Source: Haliovirga abyssi (GTDB taxonomy: Bacteria > Fusobacteriota > Fusobacteriia > Fusobacteriales > Haliovirgaceae). From it: a stretch of 64,000 nt of DNA. Positions 1-10,435 of this stretch are shown one piece after another. The translations under genes and the position numbers were made by a program. Below the pieces are notes generated by a model. It was given only the letters and a program-made list of their open reading frames with translations, was not told the DNA's origin and ran no database searches. The DNA lies in the NCBI RefSeq assembly GCF_030295325.1, contig NZ_AP027059.1, forward strand, positions 1,048,637 to 1,112,636, given 5' to 3'. The stretch's first letter is position 1; the number at the start of each line of letters is the position of its first letter.

Positions 1-1
1 A

Positions 2-400
2 AGTAATAATATAAAATTAGAATTAGATATTAGTAAAGATATTATATTTAATTTTGATAGAAATAGATTAAAACAAGTTTTTTTAAATTTAATAAAAAAT
101 AGTATAGAAGCTATTGCAGGAAATGATGGAATAATTAAAATAAAAACTAAAAAACTTGGAAAAATAGTTGAAGTAACATTTGAGGATAATGGAGTAGGAA
201 TTCCAGCTGAAAAGTTAGAAAGAATTTTTGAACCATTTGTAACAAATAAGGTACAAGGAACAGGTCTTGGATTAGCAATAGTATCAGATATAGTACAATC
301 ACATAATGGAAAAATAACAATTGAATCTGAAGAAGGAAAAGGAACAAAATTTATATTAATTTTTGAAATATACGAAGGAGGTAACAATAATAATGGATAA
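2..400 (+). CDS. sensor histidine kinase, C-terminal HATPase_c fragment (5' end outside window)
   Basis: Frame from nt 2 reads without stops: ...[10 protein letters not shown]...[20 protein letters not shown]...GTGLGLAIV...GKGTKF..., the N/G1/F/G2 boxes of a GHKL kinase ATPase domain; stop TAA 398-400 overlaps ileS start. Confidence 0.8.
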   Translation, partial: SNNIKLELDISKDIIFNFDRNRLKQVFLNLIKNSIEAIAGNDGIIKIKTKKLGKIVEVTFEDNGVGIPAEKLERIFEPFVTNKVQGTGLGLAIVSDIVQSHNGKITIESEEGKGTKFILIFEIYEGGNNNNG

Positions 401-3194
401 AAAAGATTATGGAAGTACACTAAATTTGCCGAAAACAGGATTTAAAATGAAAGCAAATTTACCTCATAAAGAGCCGGAGATATTAAAGTATTGGGAGAAT
501 GAAAAAATTTATGAAAAAAGTTTAGAAGGTAAGGAATTGGAATTCATATTACACGATGGGCCTCCATATGCTAATGGGAATATTCATATAGGTCATGCAC
601 TAAATAAAATTTTAAAAGATATTATTTTGAAATATAAAAGATTAAGAGGATATAAAGCTCCATATGTTCCTGGATGGGATACTCATGGATTGCCAATAGA
701 ATTACAAGTAACTAAAAAATTAGGGTCAAAAGTAAAAGATATGTCAGAATTAGAAATAAGAGATAAATGTAAAGATCACGCTCTTAAATTTGTAGATAAA
801 CAAAAAGAAGATTTCAAAAGATTAGGAGTGTTAGGAGAATGGGATGATCCATATTTAACTTTAAATCCTAAATTTGAAGCAAAACAATTAGAGGTATTTG
901 CTGATCTATATGAAAATAATTATATATTTAAAGGATTAAAACCTATACATTGGTGTCCTAGTTGTCAAACAGCATTAGCAGAAGCGGAGATAGAATATCA
1001 AGATATTGGTTCTCCATCTATTTATGTAAAATTTGAAGTAAAAGATGATTTAAACAGCAAATTTAATTTAGGATTATCAGAAGATGAAAAAGTATCAGTA
1101 GTTATATGGACTACAACTCCTTGGACATTACCAGGTAATATTGCAATATCGATACATCCTAGATTTGAATATGTTTTTGTAAAAACTTCAAAAGGTATTT
1201 TAATATTAGCAAAAGGTATGTTAGAACAATCAATGGCAGAAATGGAAATAAGCGACTATGAAATTATAAAAGAGGTAATTGGAAGTGAACTGGAATATGT
1301 AAAATGTGCACATCCATTTTTAGGAAGAGACTCTTTAGTAATATTAGGAGAACATGTAACATTAGAAGCTGGTACAGGTTGTGTACATACTGCTCCTGGA
1401 CATGGACAAGATGATTATGTAGTTGGTACGAAATATAAATTGCCAATAATATCACCTATAACAAATAAAGGAGTTTTAACTGAAGATGCTGGAGAATTTG
1501 CAGGGCTTTATTATTCAAAAGCAAATGTGGCAATAATAGAGCATTTAGAAAAAACAGGGCATTTATTAAAAACAAAAGAGATTGAACATTCATATCCACA
1601 TTGTTGGAGATGTAAAAATCCTGTAATATTTAGGGCAACAGAACAATGGTTTGTAAAAGTTGAAGATAGTGATTTAAGAGAAAAAGCTTTAAAAGCTTTA
1701 GATGATGTAGAATTTATCCCAGAATGGGGAAGAAATAGAATTACTTCAATGGTAGAAGGAAGACCTGACTGGTGTATCTCAAGACAAAGAATTTGGGGAG
1801 TTCCAATTCCAGCATTTTATTGCGAATCTTGTAATGAAGAGATTGTATCAAAAGAAACAGTCTTAAAAGTAGCTGAAAAAGTAAAAGAAGAGGGAACTAA
1901 TGCTTGGATAAAATATACTCCTGAAGAACTATTAGGAGATTTAGCTAAATGTCCTAAATGTGGTGGAACACATTTGAGAAAAGAGAGCAATATTATGGAT
2001 GTTTGGTTTGATTCTGGATCAAGTCATAGAGCGGTATTAGAAGTTAGAGATAATTTAAAATGGCCTGCTGATCTATATTTAGAAGGAAGTGACCAACATA
2101 GAGGATGGTTCCAAACTTCATTATTGACTTCTGTTGGGACAAAAGGCGCTGCACCATATAAAAAAGTTCTTACTCATGGATTTGTAAACGATGGAAAAGG
2201 GCTGAAAATGAGTAAATCAACAGGTAATGTTGTTGCACCACAGGAAATAATTAATAAATATGGCTCTGATATATTGAGATTATGGTGTGCTTCAGTTGAT
2301 TATAGAGATGATGTTAGAATCTCTGATAATATATTAAAACAAATGGCAGAATCTTATAGAAGAATTAGAAATACTGCAAGATATATTTTAGGAAATATTA
2401 ATGATTTTGAGCCTAGTACAGATAAAGTTGAATATTCTAATATGCCAGAAATCGATAAATGGGCATTGAATAAACTTGAAAGATTAAAAAGAAAAGTTAC
2501 AGAAAATTATGAAAAATATGAATTTTATAATTTATTTTATGACATTCATTATTTTGCATCAGTATATATGAGCTCGTTCTATTTAGATATATTAAAAGAT
2601 AGATTGTATGTATCATCTAAAAATTCAGAAGCAAGAAGAGCAGCTCAAACAGTGATGTTTGAAATATTAACTACATTAACTAAATTGATTTCTCCTGTAT
2701 TAACATTTACAGCAGAAGAAATCTGGAAAATATTGCCAGAAAATCTTAAAGAAAAAGAGAGTATATTACTTGAAGATTGGATTACAGAAAATGATATATA
2801 TTTAAATGATGAACTAGATGAAAAATGGGAAAAATTAATAGAATTAAGAGGAAGTGTAAATAAAGTATTAGAAGCAGCAAGAAGAGATAAAGTAATAGGA
2901 CATTCACTTAATGCAGAAGTTATACTATATAGTGATGATGAAAAATATAAAGAACTTCTAAAAGAAAATTATGATAGATTAGAAGATATATTTATAGTTT
3001 CAAAGGTTACTATAGTAGAATCAAAAATTGAAGGAATGACAAAAACAGAAGAAATAGAAAATTTATATGTTAAAGCAGATAAAGCCCCAGGAGAGAAATG
3101 TGAAAGATGTTGGAAATATTCTGAAGAATTAGGAAAAGATGAAGAACATCCAACGTTATGTCCAAGATGTACAGATGTTATTAATGAAGGGTAA
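393..3194 (+). CDS. ileS: isoleucine--tRNA ligase
   Basis: 934 aa; class I HIGH motif ([14 protein letters not shown]), KMSKS motif, C-terminal CxxC...CxxC zinc knuckle; SD AGGAGG 376-381 then ATG 393 (ORF-track start 363 has no SD). Confidence 0.95.
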   Translation: MDKKDYGSTLNLPKTGFKMKANLPHKEPEILKYWENEKIYEKSLEGKELEFILHDGPPYANGNIHIGHALNKILKDIILKYKRLRGYKAPYVPGWDTHGLPIELQVTKKLGSKVKDMSELEIRDKCKDHALKFVDKQKEDFKRLGVLGEWDDPYLTLNPKFEAKQLEVFADLYENNYIFKGLKPIHWCPSCQTALAEAEIEYQDIGSPSIYVKFEVKDDLNSKFNLGLSEDEKVSVVIWTTTPWTLPGNIAISIHPRFEYVFVKTSKGILILAKGMLEQSMAEMEISDYEIIKEVIGSELEYVKCAHPFLGRDSLVILGEHVTLEAGTGCVHTAPGHGQDDYVVGTKYKLPIISPITNKGVLTEDAGEFAGLYYSKANVAIIEHLEKTGHLLKTKEIEHSYPHCWRCKNPVIFRATEQWFVKVEDSDLREKALKALDDVEFIPEWGRNRITSMVEGRPDWCISRQRIWGVPIPAFYCESCNEEIVSKETVLKVAEKVKEEGTNAWIKYTPEELLGDLAKCPKCGGTHLRKESNIMDVWFDSGSSHRAVLEVRDNLKWPADLYLEGSDQHRGWFQTSLLTSVGTKGAAPYKKVLTHGFVNDGKGLKMSKSTGNVVAPQEIINKYGSDILRLWCASVDYRDDVRISDNILKQMAESYRRIRNTARYILGNINDFEPSTDKVEYSNMPEIDKWALNKLERLKRKVTENYEKYEFYNLFYDIHYFASVYMSSFYLDILKDRLYVSSKNSEARRAAQTVMFEILTTLTKLISPVLTFTAEEIWKILPENLKEKESILLEDWITENDIYLNDELDEKWEKLIELRGSVNKVLEAARRDKVIGHSLNAEVILYSDDEKYKELLKENYDRLEDIFIVSKVTIVESKIEGMTKTEEIENLYVKADKAPGEKCERCWKYSEELGKDEEHPTLCPRCTDVINEG

Positions 3195-3227
3195 TTCATT
3201 AGACAGGTAAAATTGTTTTTAGAGTAA

Positions 3228-3247
3228 GGGCAATTCATGAATTGCCC
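3228..3247 (+). terminator. perfect 20-bp palindrome GGGCAATTCATGAATTGCCC downstream of ileS (terminator or protein-binding site; no following T-run)
   Basis: Exact inverted repeat read from sequence, 34 nt after the ileS stop. Confidence 0.4.
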
Positions 3248-3313
3248 CTACTTGAGATAATGCAATTAATAGAATAGAATTAATTAAAAAATATAAAATA
3301 TAGAAGGTGAAAA

Positions 3314-3784
3314 ATGATTGTAAATGTTATTTTTATAATTTTAGCAGTATTATTAGATCAAATTACAAAATTTTTTGTTTTAACAAAAATGAAACCTGGA
3401 GAGTCTATTCCGATTATTAAAAATTTTTTTCACATAACATTTGTACAAAATAAAGGAGTAGCTTTTGGAATGCTTTATGGACATGTAGGGGTTTTGGTTT
3501 TTGTTGGATTAATTGCAATTGTTGGAATTATATTATATTTTCATAAAAAAGGTGAAGAATATTCTATACTTTCAAGGATAGGTTTTATATTCATAATGAG
3601 TGGAGCTATTGGGAATTTTATAGATAGAGTATTTAGAGGCTTTGTAATAGATTTTATTGATTTTAGAGGTATATGGGTCTATATATTTAATTTAGCAGAT
3701 GTATGGATAAATATTGGAGTATTTTTTATATTAATAGAATATTTTTTCGAAAAAGAAAAAGCAGAGAAGGAGGAAAGTAAATGA
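3314..3784 (+). CDS. lspA: lipoprotein signal peptidase (signal peptidase II)
   Basis: 156 aa, 4 TM segments, conserved [11 protein letters not shown] and NFIDR/FNLADV motifs; classic ileS-lspA linkage. Confidence 0.9.
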   Translation: MIVNVIFIILAVLLDQITKFFVLTKMKPGESIPIIKNFFHITFVQNKGVAFGMLYGHVGVLVFVGLIAIVGIILYFHKKGEEYSILSRIGFIFIMSGAIGNFIDRVFRGFVIDFIDFRGIWVYIFNLADVWINIGVFFILIEYFFEKEKAEKEESK

Positions 3785-4653
3785 CTTTTCAAGAAATGAT
3801 ACTTGCTCTTCAAAAATATTGGAATAGCCAAGGATGTATAATTGGGAATCCATATGATATAGAAACAGGAGCAGGAACTTTTAATCCAAATACATTTTTA
3901 ATGTCACTTGGACCAGAACCATGGAATGCAGCATATGTAGAACCTTCACGTAGACCAAAAGATGGAAGATATGGTGAAAATCCAAATAGGGTTTATCAAC
4001 ATCATCAATTTCAAGTAATAATGAAGCCGTCGCCAGATAATATTCAAGATTTATATTTAGAAAGTTTAAGAGTATTAGGGATTGTTCCAGAAGAACATGA
4101 TATTAGATTTGTGGAAGATGACTGGGAATCGCCAACATTAGGAGCTTGGGGACTTGGATGGGAAGTATGGTTAGATGGAATGGAAATAACTCAATTTACA
4201 TATTTTCAACAAGTTGGAGGATTAGAATTAGATTTAATTCCAGTAGAAATTACATACGGTTTAGAAAGGCTAGCTTTATATATTCAAGAAAAAGATAGTG
4301 TTTATGATCTTTTGTGGACAGACAATGTGAAATATGGAGATATGAGATTTCAAAGTGAACTTGAATTTTCAAGATATAGTTTTGAAGTTGCAACTTTAGA
4401 ATCACATTTTAAATGGTTTGATATGTATGAAGAGGAAGCTTTAAAATGTTTAGATAATAGTTTAGTATTACCAGCATATGATTATGTTTTAAAATGTTCG
4501 CATGCTTTTAACGTGCTAGACTCGAGAGGGGCAATTAGTACAACTGAAAGAATGAGCTATATTCTAAAAGTTAGAAATTTAGCAAAAAGATGTGCTGAAA
4601 TTTTTGTAGAAGAAAGGGAAAAATTAGGTCATCCTCTTTTAGGAACGGATTAA
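3781..4653 (+). CDS. glyQ: glycine--tRNA ligase alpha subunit
   Basis: 290 aa, typical GlyQ N-terminus [14 protein letters not shown]; 4-nt overlap with lspA. Confidence 0.95.
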   Translation: MTFQEMILALQKYWNSQGCIIGNPYDIETGAGTFNPNTFLMSLGPEPWNAAYVEPSRRPKDGRYGENPNRVYQHHQFQVIMKPSPDNIQDLYLESLRVLGIVPEEHDIRFVEDDWESPTLGAWGLGWEVWLDGMEITQFTYFQQVGGLELDLIPVEITYGLERLALYIQEKDSVYDLLWTDNVKYGDMRFQSELEFSRYSFEVATLESHFKWFDMYEEEALKCLDNSLVLPAYDYVLKCSHAFNVLDSRGAISTTERMSYILKVRNLAKRCAEIFVEEREKLGHPLLGTD

Positions 4654-4678
4654 AAATAACCTTATAATTTTATTAGAA

Positions 4679-4706
4679 ATATAAGAACTTATTTTTTAAA
4701 CGTTCT
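4679..4706. repeat. copy a of ~35-bp AT-rich intergenic motif ATATAAGAA(A)CTTATTTTTTAAACGTTCT, in the glyQ-glyS spacer (extended similarity from 4640)
   Basis: Near-identical strings at 13137-13171 and 54749-54783, degenerate copy at 43055-43083. Confidence 0.7.
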
Positions 4707-4743
4707 AAAAAAATAGTAATTGCCATGAAAGGAGAGAAAACAG

Positions 4744-6813
4744 TTGGAAATTTTATTAGAAATTGGAGTGGAAGAATTACCAGCAAGATTTTTACAACCA
4801 GCATTAAAAAATTTAAAAAATATATTGCAAAAAGATTTAAAAAATTCAAGAATAAAATTTGAAGAGATATTAACATATGGAACGCCAAGAAGATTAATTT
4901 TAAATGTAAAAGGTGTTTCTGATATGCAAGAAGATTTAAGTGGAACAAGTATAGGACCGTCAAAAAAAGTTGCATATGATAATTTAGGTGAACCAACAAA
5001 AGCAGCAATTGGATTTGCTAAATCACAAGGAATAGATATAATTGATTTACAAATTGTAAAAACTGAAAAAGGTGAATATATTGCAGCTCAAAAATTTGAA
5101 AAAGGAAAAAGTACATTAGAGCTTTTACCAGAAATACTAAAAAATACAATACTTAATTTGAATTTTTCAAAATCTATGAGATGGGGAGAAAAAAAATTAA
5201 AATTTGCCAGACCTTTAAGATGGATATTGGCATTAGCTGATTCAAAGCTTATAAATTTTGAAATTGAAAATATAAAAACTGAAAAACTAAGTTATGGTCA
5301 TAGATTTTTTGGAGCAAAATCTTTTGAAGTGGAAGATATACAAGATTATTTTAACAAATTAGAAGAAAATTATGTTATTTATGATATAGAAAAAAGAAAA
5401 AACAAAATTTTAGAAAGTATAAAAGATAAATGTTCTACTGTAGGAGAAAAAGTTTTAATTGATGATGAACTATTAAATGAAGTTACAAATTTAATAGAAT
5501 ATCCATATCCAATAATAGGAACATTTAATGCAGAATTTTTAGAAGTTCCACAAGAAGTTTTGATTATAACAATGCAAACTCATCAAAGATATTTTCCTGT
5601 ATTGGATAATGAAGGGAAATTATTACCTAAGTTTGTATTAATTCGTAATGGAATAGAAAATTCTGAGAATGTAAAAAAAGGTAATGAAAAAGTTTTAAGT
5701 GCAAGATTGTCTGATGCGAGATTTTTCTATTATGAAGACTTGAAAAAATCATTAGATGAAAATGTAGAGAAATTAAAAACAGTTGTTTTTCAAAAAGATT
5801 TAGGAACAATTTATGATAAAATAGAAAGAACTGAAGAGATAGCAGAACAACTGATAAAAGCATTAAATATTGATGATAAAAAAAGTGATATATTAAGAAC
5901 TATTCATTTAGCAAAATCTGATTTAGTTACTAATATGATTTCTGAAAAAGAATATACAAAACTTCAGGGATTTATGGGAATGAAATATGCAGAGAAAGCT
6001 GGAGAAAAAGATACAGTAGCGAAAGGTATATTTGAGCATTATTTACCAAGATATCAAGGAGATATTCTTCCTGAAACTACTGAAGGAATTATTGCATCTA
6101 TTTCAGATAAGATTGATACAATAGTTGGGTGCTTTGGAGTAGGTCTTATACCAAGTGGATCACAAGATCCTTATGCATTAAGAAGAGCAGCACTGGGGAT
6201 TGTAAACATAATATTAAATAGCAATTTGAATATCTCTATTTTAGATATTATAAATACTTCTTTAAATATATATGAAGAGAAAAATATATTAAAATCAGAT
6301 AAAAAAGAGATTTTTGAAAATTTAAAAGGATTTTTTAAAAATAGAGTTATAAATGTACTAGTAGATATGGGATATAGAAAGGATATTGTCACATCAGTTG
6401 TAGAAATTGATTTTGATAATATTTATGAAACAAAAGAAAAAATAGAAGTTTTAACGAAAGTTTCAAAAGAAGAGGATTTTGAAGATATAGTTCTTTTGAT
6501 AAAAAGAGTTAAAAATATATTAAAAGATTTTAAAATTGTAGATATTTCAACTGAACTTTTTGAAAAAGAAGAAGAAAAGGAGTTATATGATTTCGCAATA
6601 TCTTTAGAAGAGAGAAATAGAACAAATTTAATAGATAAAAATTATGAAAAATATTTTATGGATATTCTTTCTGGGAAAAATATAATAAACAATTATTTTG
6701 ATAATGTAATGGTTATGGATAAAAAAGAAGATATAAAAAACAATAGAATATCATTGTTAAAAAAATTAGATGATTTGTTTAGTAAAGTTGCACAAATTAA
6801 AGATATAAATTAA
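4744..6813 (+). CDS. glyS: glycine--tRNA ligase beta subunit (TTG start)
   Basis: 689 aa, MEILLEIGVEELPARF N-terminus typical of GlyS; SD AAAGGAGAG 4727-4735; first in-frame start is TTG 4744. Confidence 0.9.
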   Translation: MEILLEIGVEELPARFLQPALKNLKNILQKDLKNSRIKFEEILTYGTPRRLILNVKGVSDMQEDLSGTSIGPSKKVAYDNLGEPTKAAIGFAKSQGIDIIDLQIVKTEKGEYIAAQKFEKGKSTLELLPEILKNTILNLNFSKSMRWGEKKLKFARPLRWILALADSKLINFEIENIKTEKLSYGHRFFGAKSFEVEDIQDYFNKLEENYVIYDIEKRKNKILESIKDKCSTVGEKVLIDDELLNEVTNLIEYPYPIIGTFNAEFLEVPQEVLIITMQTHQRYFPVLDNEGKLLPKFVLIRNGIENSENVKKGNEKVLSARLSDARFFYYEDLKKSLDENVEKLKTVVFQKDLGTIYDKIERTEEIAEQLIKALNIDDKKSDILRTIHLAKSDLVTNMISEKEYTKLQGFMGMKYAEKAGEKDTVAKGIFEHYLPRYQGDILPETTEGIIASISDKIDTIVGCFGVGLIPSGSQDPYALRRAALGIVNIILNSNLNISILDIINTSLNIYEEKNILKSDKKEIFENLKGFFKNRVINVLVDMGYRKDIVTSVVEIDFDNIYETKEKIEVLTKVSKEEDFEDIVLLIKRVKNILKDFKIVDISTELFEKEEEKELYDFAISLEERNRTNLIDKNYEKYFMDILSGKNIINNYFDNVMVMDKKEDIKNNRISLLKKLDDLFSKVAQIKDIN

Positions 6814-6825
6814 CTATAAAAAGTA

Positions 6826-6866
6826 GAAACAGAGAAAGCTAAAGTTTTCTCTGTTTTTACTTTTTG
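6826..6866 (+). terminator. rho-independent terminator after glyS
   Basis: GAAACAGAGAAA-gctaaag-TTTTCTCTGTTT stem-loop followed by TTACTTTTT. Confidence 0.8.
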
Positions 6867-6921
6867 TATAAAGATATAAACTTATTATATATAGGCTATA
6901 ATTAGAAAAGCCCTGATATAC

Positions 6922-6950
6922 TTGTAAAAAACAAGAAATTTTGATATAAT
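6922..6950 (+). promoter_or_regulatory. sigma70-type promoter for pcrA (TTGTAA-17-TATAAT)
   Basis: -35 TTGTAA 6922-6927, 17-nt spacer, -10 TATAAT 6945-6950; embeds CTTGT-AAAAA-ACAAG inverted repeat. Confidence 0.6.
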
Positions 6951-6981
6951 ATAAGTATCAAAATGAAGAGGTGTTTATATA

Positions 6982-9147
6982 ATGAGTATATTGGATGGAT
7001 TGAATGAAGAGCAACGAATGGCAGCAGAAACATTAGATGGACCTGTTTTGATTTTAGCAGGAGCAGGAAGTGGAAAAACTAGGACAATAACATATAGAGT
7101 TGCACATATGATAAAAGAAAAAAATATATCTCCATATGATATTCTAGCGGTAACATTTACTAATAAAGCAGCAAAAGAGATGCGAGAAAGGGTAGAATCT
7201 TTAGTTGGAGAAGATTCTGGAAAAATTCAAATTTCGACATTTCATGCTTTTGGTGTGAAATTACTTAGAATTTATGGAAAACACGTTGGATATGATAGCA
7301 ATTTTAATATTTATGATTCTGATGATCAAAAGAGAGTTATAAAAAGTATATTAAAGAAATTAAATATGGATAACGATGGATTGAAACCATCAGCAATATT
7401 ATCTAAAATATCAAAATTAAAAGAAGAAGGGATATTCCCTTTAGAATATGAAAAAATGGCAATTGATTATTATAGTAAAAAAATATTATCAATTTATATA
7501 GAATATCAAAAAGCATTAAAAGAAAATAACGCATTTGATTTTTCTGATATCTTGGTATACACAAATGAGTTATTAAATAACAAAGAAATATTAGAAAAAT
7601 TGCAAAATAGATACAAATATATTATGGTAGATGAATATCAAGATACAAATAAAACACAATATAATATTATAACAAAAATTGCTGCTAAAAATAAAAATTT
7701 ATGCGTAGTTGGAGATGAAGATCAAAGCATTTATGGATTTAGAGGAGCAGACATAAGAAATATATTAAATTTTGAAAAGGATTATAAAGACGCAACAGTT
7801 ATTAAGTTAGAAAAAAATTATAGATCTACAAATATAATATTAAGTACTGCAAATGCTTTAATAAAAAATAATGAAACTTCAAGAGGAAAAAACCTTTGGA
7901 CAGATAGAGAAGGCGGAGAATTAATTTCTGTATATGAAGCAGAAACTGCAGGAGAAGAAGCATATCATGTATCTAATGAAATAAAAAAAATAGTTGATGT
8001 GGTAGGTGGATATAAAAATATTGCAATATTATATAGAACAAATGCTCAATCAAGACTATTTGAAGAATCATTTATAAAAGCTAAAATACCATATAAAATT
8101 TTTGGTGGAGTTCAATTTTATCAAAGAAAAGAGATAAAAGATATAATATCTTATTTGAATGTGGTAAATAATACAGCTGACAATTTTAGTATTAGAAGAA
8201 TTATAAATGTTCCTTCAAGAGGTATTGGAGAAAAAACAATTAAAAGATTGGAAGAATATAGAGAAGATATGAATGTACCTCTATTTTATGCAATAAAAAA
8301 TGTGGATAATATTTCAACAATAACTCCAAAAGCAAGAATTGCATTAAAAAAACTTTATTCTATATTCGAAGATTTAATAAATTTATCTAAAGAAGAGACA
8401 GTTACTGATTTAATAGATACTTTATTAGAAAGAACAAAAATTTTAGATACTTTTAAATTAAATAATGAAGATGAAAGAGTTAAAAATATATATGAATTAA
8501 GAAATGGTATTCAAGAATTAGAAAAAGAAAATGGATATATTGGATTAGGAGATTATCTTGAAAATATAGCGTTGTCTGCAAATACAGATAATATGGATGA
8601 AAGTGATGACTATGTCAAATTAATGACTGTACACAATTCAAAAGGGTTAGAGTTCCCTGTTATCTTTATGGTTGGGGCAGAGGAAGAACTATTTCCATCT
8701 TTAAGAGAAAATACAGAAGAAGAGCTAGAAGAGGAAAGAAGGCTTTGTTATGTGGCAGTAACTAGAGCAAAAGATAGATTATATATAACTTACTCTAGGA
8801 CAAGAGCCACTTTTGGAAATTCAAGCTTTATGAGAGTTCCATCTAGATTTATAGGAGAAATGCCAGAGAAAAATCTAAATAATGAAAAAGTATATATGAA
8901 TTCTAATGGATATAAAAATGATAGTACAAAAGTTGCTTCTGAATTAAATGCTAAGATAGAAAAGAATAAGAAAAAGAAGAAAAAATTTAAAGGTGATTAT
9001 GCTGTTGGAGATTACGTTATTCATAAAAAATTTGGAGAAGGAAAAGTAAAAGGAATAGATATAAATAGAGTTGATATATATTTTCCAGGACATGGAGATA
9101 AGAAATTTCCAACAAAAATAGCTTCCAAATTTTTATCAAAATCTTAG
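6982..9147 (+). CDS. pcrA: ATP-dependent DNA helicase PcrA/UvrD family
   Basis: 721 aa; Walker A AGAGSGKTRT, UvrD motifs (TFTNKAA, VDEYQDTN, GDEDQSIYGFRGA), C-terminal Tudor-like tail. Confidence 0.9.
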   Translation: MSILDGLNEEQRMAAETLDGPVLILAGAGSGKTRTITYRVAHMIKEKNISPYDILAVTFTNKAAKEMRERVESLVGEDSGKIQISTFHAFGVKLLRIYGKHVGYDSNFNIYDSDDQKRVIKSILKKLNMDNDGLKPSAILSKISKLKEEGIFPLEYEKMAIDYYSKKILSIYIEYQKALKENNAFDFSDILVYTNELLNNKEILEKLQNRYKYIMVDEYQDTNKTQYNIITKIAAKNKNLCVVGDEDQSIYGFRGADIRNILNFEKDYKDATVIKLEKNYRSTNIILSTANALIKNNETSRGKNLWTDREGGELISVYEAETAGEEAYHVSNEIKKIVDVVGGYKNIAILYRTNAQSRLFEESFIKAKIPYKIFGGVQFYQRKEIKDIISYLNVVNNTADNFSIRRIINVPSRGIGEKTIKRLEEYREDMNVPLFYAIKNVDNISTITPKARIALKKLYSIFEDLINLSKEETVTDLIDTLLERTKILDTFKLNNEDERVKNIYELRNGIQELEKENGYIGLGDYLENIALSANTDNMDESDDYVKLMTVHNSKGLEFPVIFMVGAEEELFPSLRENTEEELEEERRLCYVAVTRAKDRLYITYSRTRATFGNSSFMRVPSRFIGEMPEKNLNNEKVYMNSNGYKNDSTKVASELNAKIEKNKKKKKKFKGDYAVGDYVIHKKFGEGKVKGIDINRVDIYFPGHGDKKFPTKIASKFLSKS

Positions 9148-9155
9148 GAGGTAAT

Positions 9156-10007
9156 ATGGGGAATAAAAGAAAAACTATAATGAAAGAAGTTAAATATGAA
9201 GGGATAGGTCTTCATAAAGGGCAAAATATAAAATTAAGACTTTTGCCAGCAGAATCTAAATCTGGAATTATTTTCAGAAGAGTTGATGTAGAAAAAGATA
9301 ATGAAATTGAATTAAAATTAGAAAATGTATTTAATCCCACAAGAGGAACAAATATTATAAATAAAAAAGGAGTGGCTGTATATACAATTGAGCATTTTTT
9401 ATCAGCATTATATGTCTATGGAATAACAGATATTTTTGTGGAAATAGATGGGAATGAAATGCCAATAGGAGATGGAAGTGCATTTCCTTTTATAGAGCTA
9501 GTAGATATTGCTGGAATAAAGGAATATAATGAAGATGCGGAAGTGATAGAAATATTAGAACCGGTATATATTGCAGAAGAAGATAAATATATAGTAGGAT
9601 TGCCACATGGAGATTATAAAATAACTTATGCAGTAAATTATAATCATAGTTATCTGAAATCTCAATTAGTTGAATTTGAGATAAATAAAGAAACTTTTAA
9701 AAATGATATTGCAAGAGCCAGAACTTTTGGATTTGATTATGAACTTGAGTATTTGAAATCAAATAATTTAGCATTAGGTGGGACTTTAGAAAATGCAATA
9801 GTTGTAACTAATGATGGAGTCTTAAATCCAGAAGGGTTAAGATTTGAAGATGAATTTGTTAGACATAAAGTCTTAGATTTAGTAGGAGATTTAAAAATAT
9901 TAAATAAAACAATAAAAGGACATATAATAGCAATAAAAGCAGGACATGCTTTAGATATGAAATTTGCTAAAAAACTTTCAAATATAATAGGAGGAGATAC
10001 AAAATGA
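9156..10007 (+). CDS. lpxC: UDP-3-O-acyl-N-acetylglucosamine deacetylase
   Basis: 283 aa; LpxC family signature; SD AGGAGG 9145-9150. Confidence 0.9.
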   Translation: MGNKRKTIMKEVKYEGIGLHKGQNIKLRLLPAESKSGIIFRRVDVEKDNEIELKLENVFNPTRGTNIINKKGVAVYTIEHFLSALYVYGITDIFVEIDGNEMPIGDGSAFPFIELVDIAGIKEYNEDAEVIEILEPVYIAEEDKYIVGLPHGDYKITYAVNYNHSYLKSQLVEFEINKETFKNDIARARTFGFDYELEYLKSNNLALGGTLENAIVVTNDGVLNPEGLRFEDEFVRHKVLDLVGDLKILNKTIKGHIIAIKAGHALDMKFAKKLSNIIGGDTK

Positions 10008-10426
10008 TGGATGTTATGGAAATAATGGAGGTTTTGCCTCACAGATACCCTTTTTTATTAGTAGATAGGGTATTGGAAGTAGTACCAAATGAAAAAATTA
10101 TTGCAATAAAAAATGTTACTATTAACGAAGGGTTTTTCCAAGGACATTTTCCTGGTCATCCAATAATGCCTGGAGTGTTAATAGTAGAAGCAATGGCTCA
10201 AGCAACAGGAGCTTTAATGATGGAAAAAGGTTCAGATAAAGTTCCTTATTTTATGGCTATTGAAAATGCAAAATTTAGAGCACCAGTAAGACCGGGGGAT
10301 CAATTAAGATTTGAATGCTCTATAATAAAGGTGAAAGGAAAAATATTGAAAGCAAAAGGAATAGCTACAGTTGATGGGAAAAAAGCAGCGGAAGCAACTT
10401 TAATGTTTTCAATAATGGATAAGTAG
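10004..10426 (+). CDS. fabZ: 3-hydroxyacyl-ACP dehydratase
   Basis: 140 aa; LPHRYPFLLVDRV...GHFPGHPIMPGVL hotdog signature; 4-nt overlap with lpxC. Confidence 0.95.
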   Translation: MMDVMEIMEVLPHRYPFLLVDRVLEVVPNEKIIAIKNVTINEGFFQGHFPGHPIMPGVLIVEAMAQATGALMMEKGSDKVPYFMAIENAKFRAPVRPGDQLRFECSIIKVKGKILKAKGIATVDGKKAAEATLMFSIMDK

Positions 10427-10435
10427 GTGATATAA

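Noticed and set aside
147-347. Reverse-strand ORFs from the six-frame track (147-347, 1264-1455, 2969-3238, 4673-5008, 5627-5863, 6171-6392, 9737-10042, 10300-10719, 11629-11844, 21903-22121, 25058-25249, 29654-29884, 30622-30927, 33002-33286, 33628-33867, 35246-35560, 36755-37060, 38349-38585, 38903-39115, 40721-40951, 40962-41231, 42140-42334, 43131-43316, 45797-46102, 48358-48546, 49571-49759, 51380-51580, 52422-52610, 54230-54565, 56270-56476, 57945-58241, 60083-60388, 61131-61379, 61501-61860)
   Set aside because: Each lies antisense to a well-supported conserved gene. Products are low-complexity Leu/Phe/Ile-rich strings typical of AT-rich antisense frames. None has an SD or a recognisable family.
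363-392. ORF-track start of ileS at 363 and N-terminal extensions of the 17724, 22931, 28106, 33021, 42214, 46242, 47950, 57265 and 60271 ORFs
   Set aside because: The extensions begin at TTG/GTG or ATG codons without SD, or overlap promoter or SD sequence. Internal ATG codons with proper AGGAGG-type SD at 5-10 nt restore the conserved N-termini.
4654-4743. T-box leader upstream of glyS
   Set aside because: The spacer is only 90 nt. It lacks the T-box consensus (AATTAGGGTGGNACCGCG) and specifier/antiterminator architecture. It is instead occupied by the recurring 35-bp motif.
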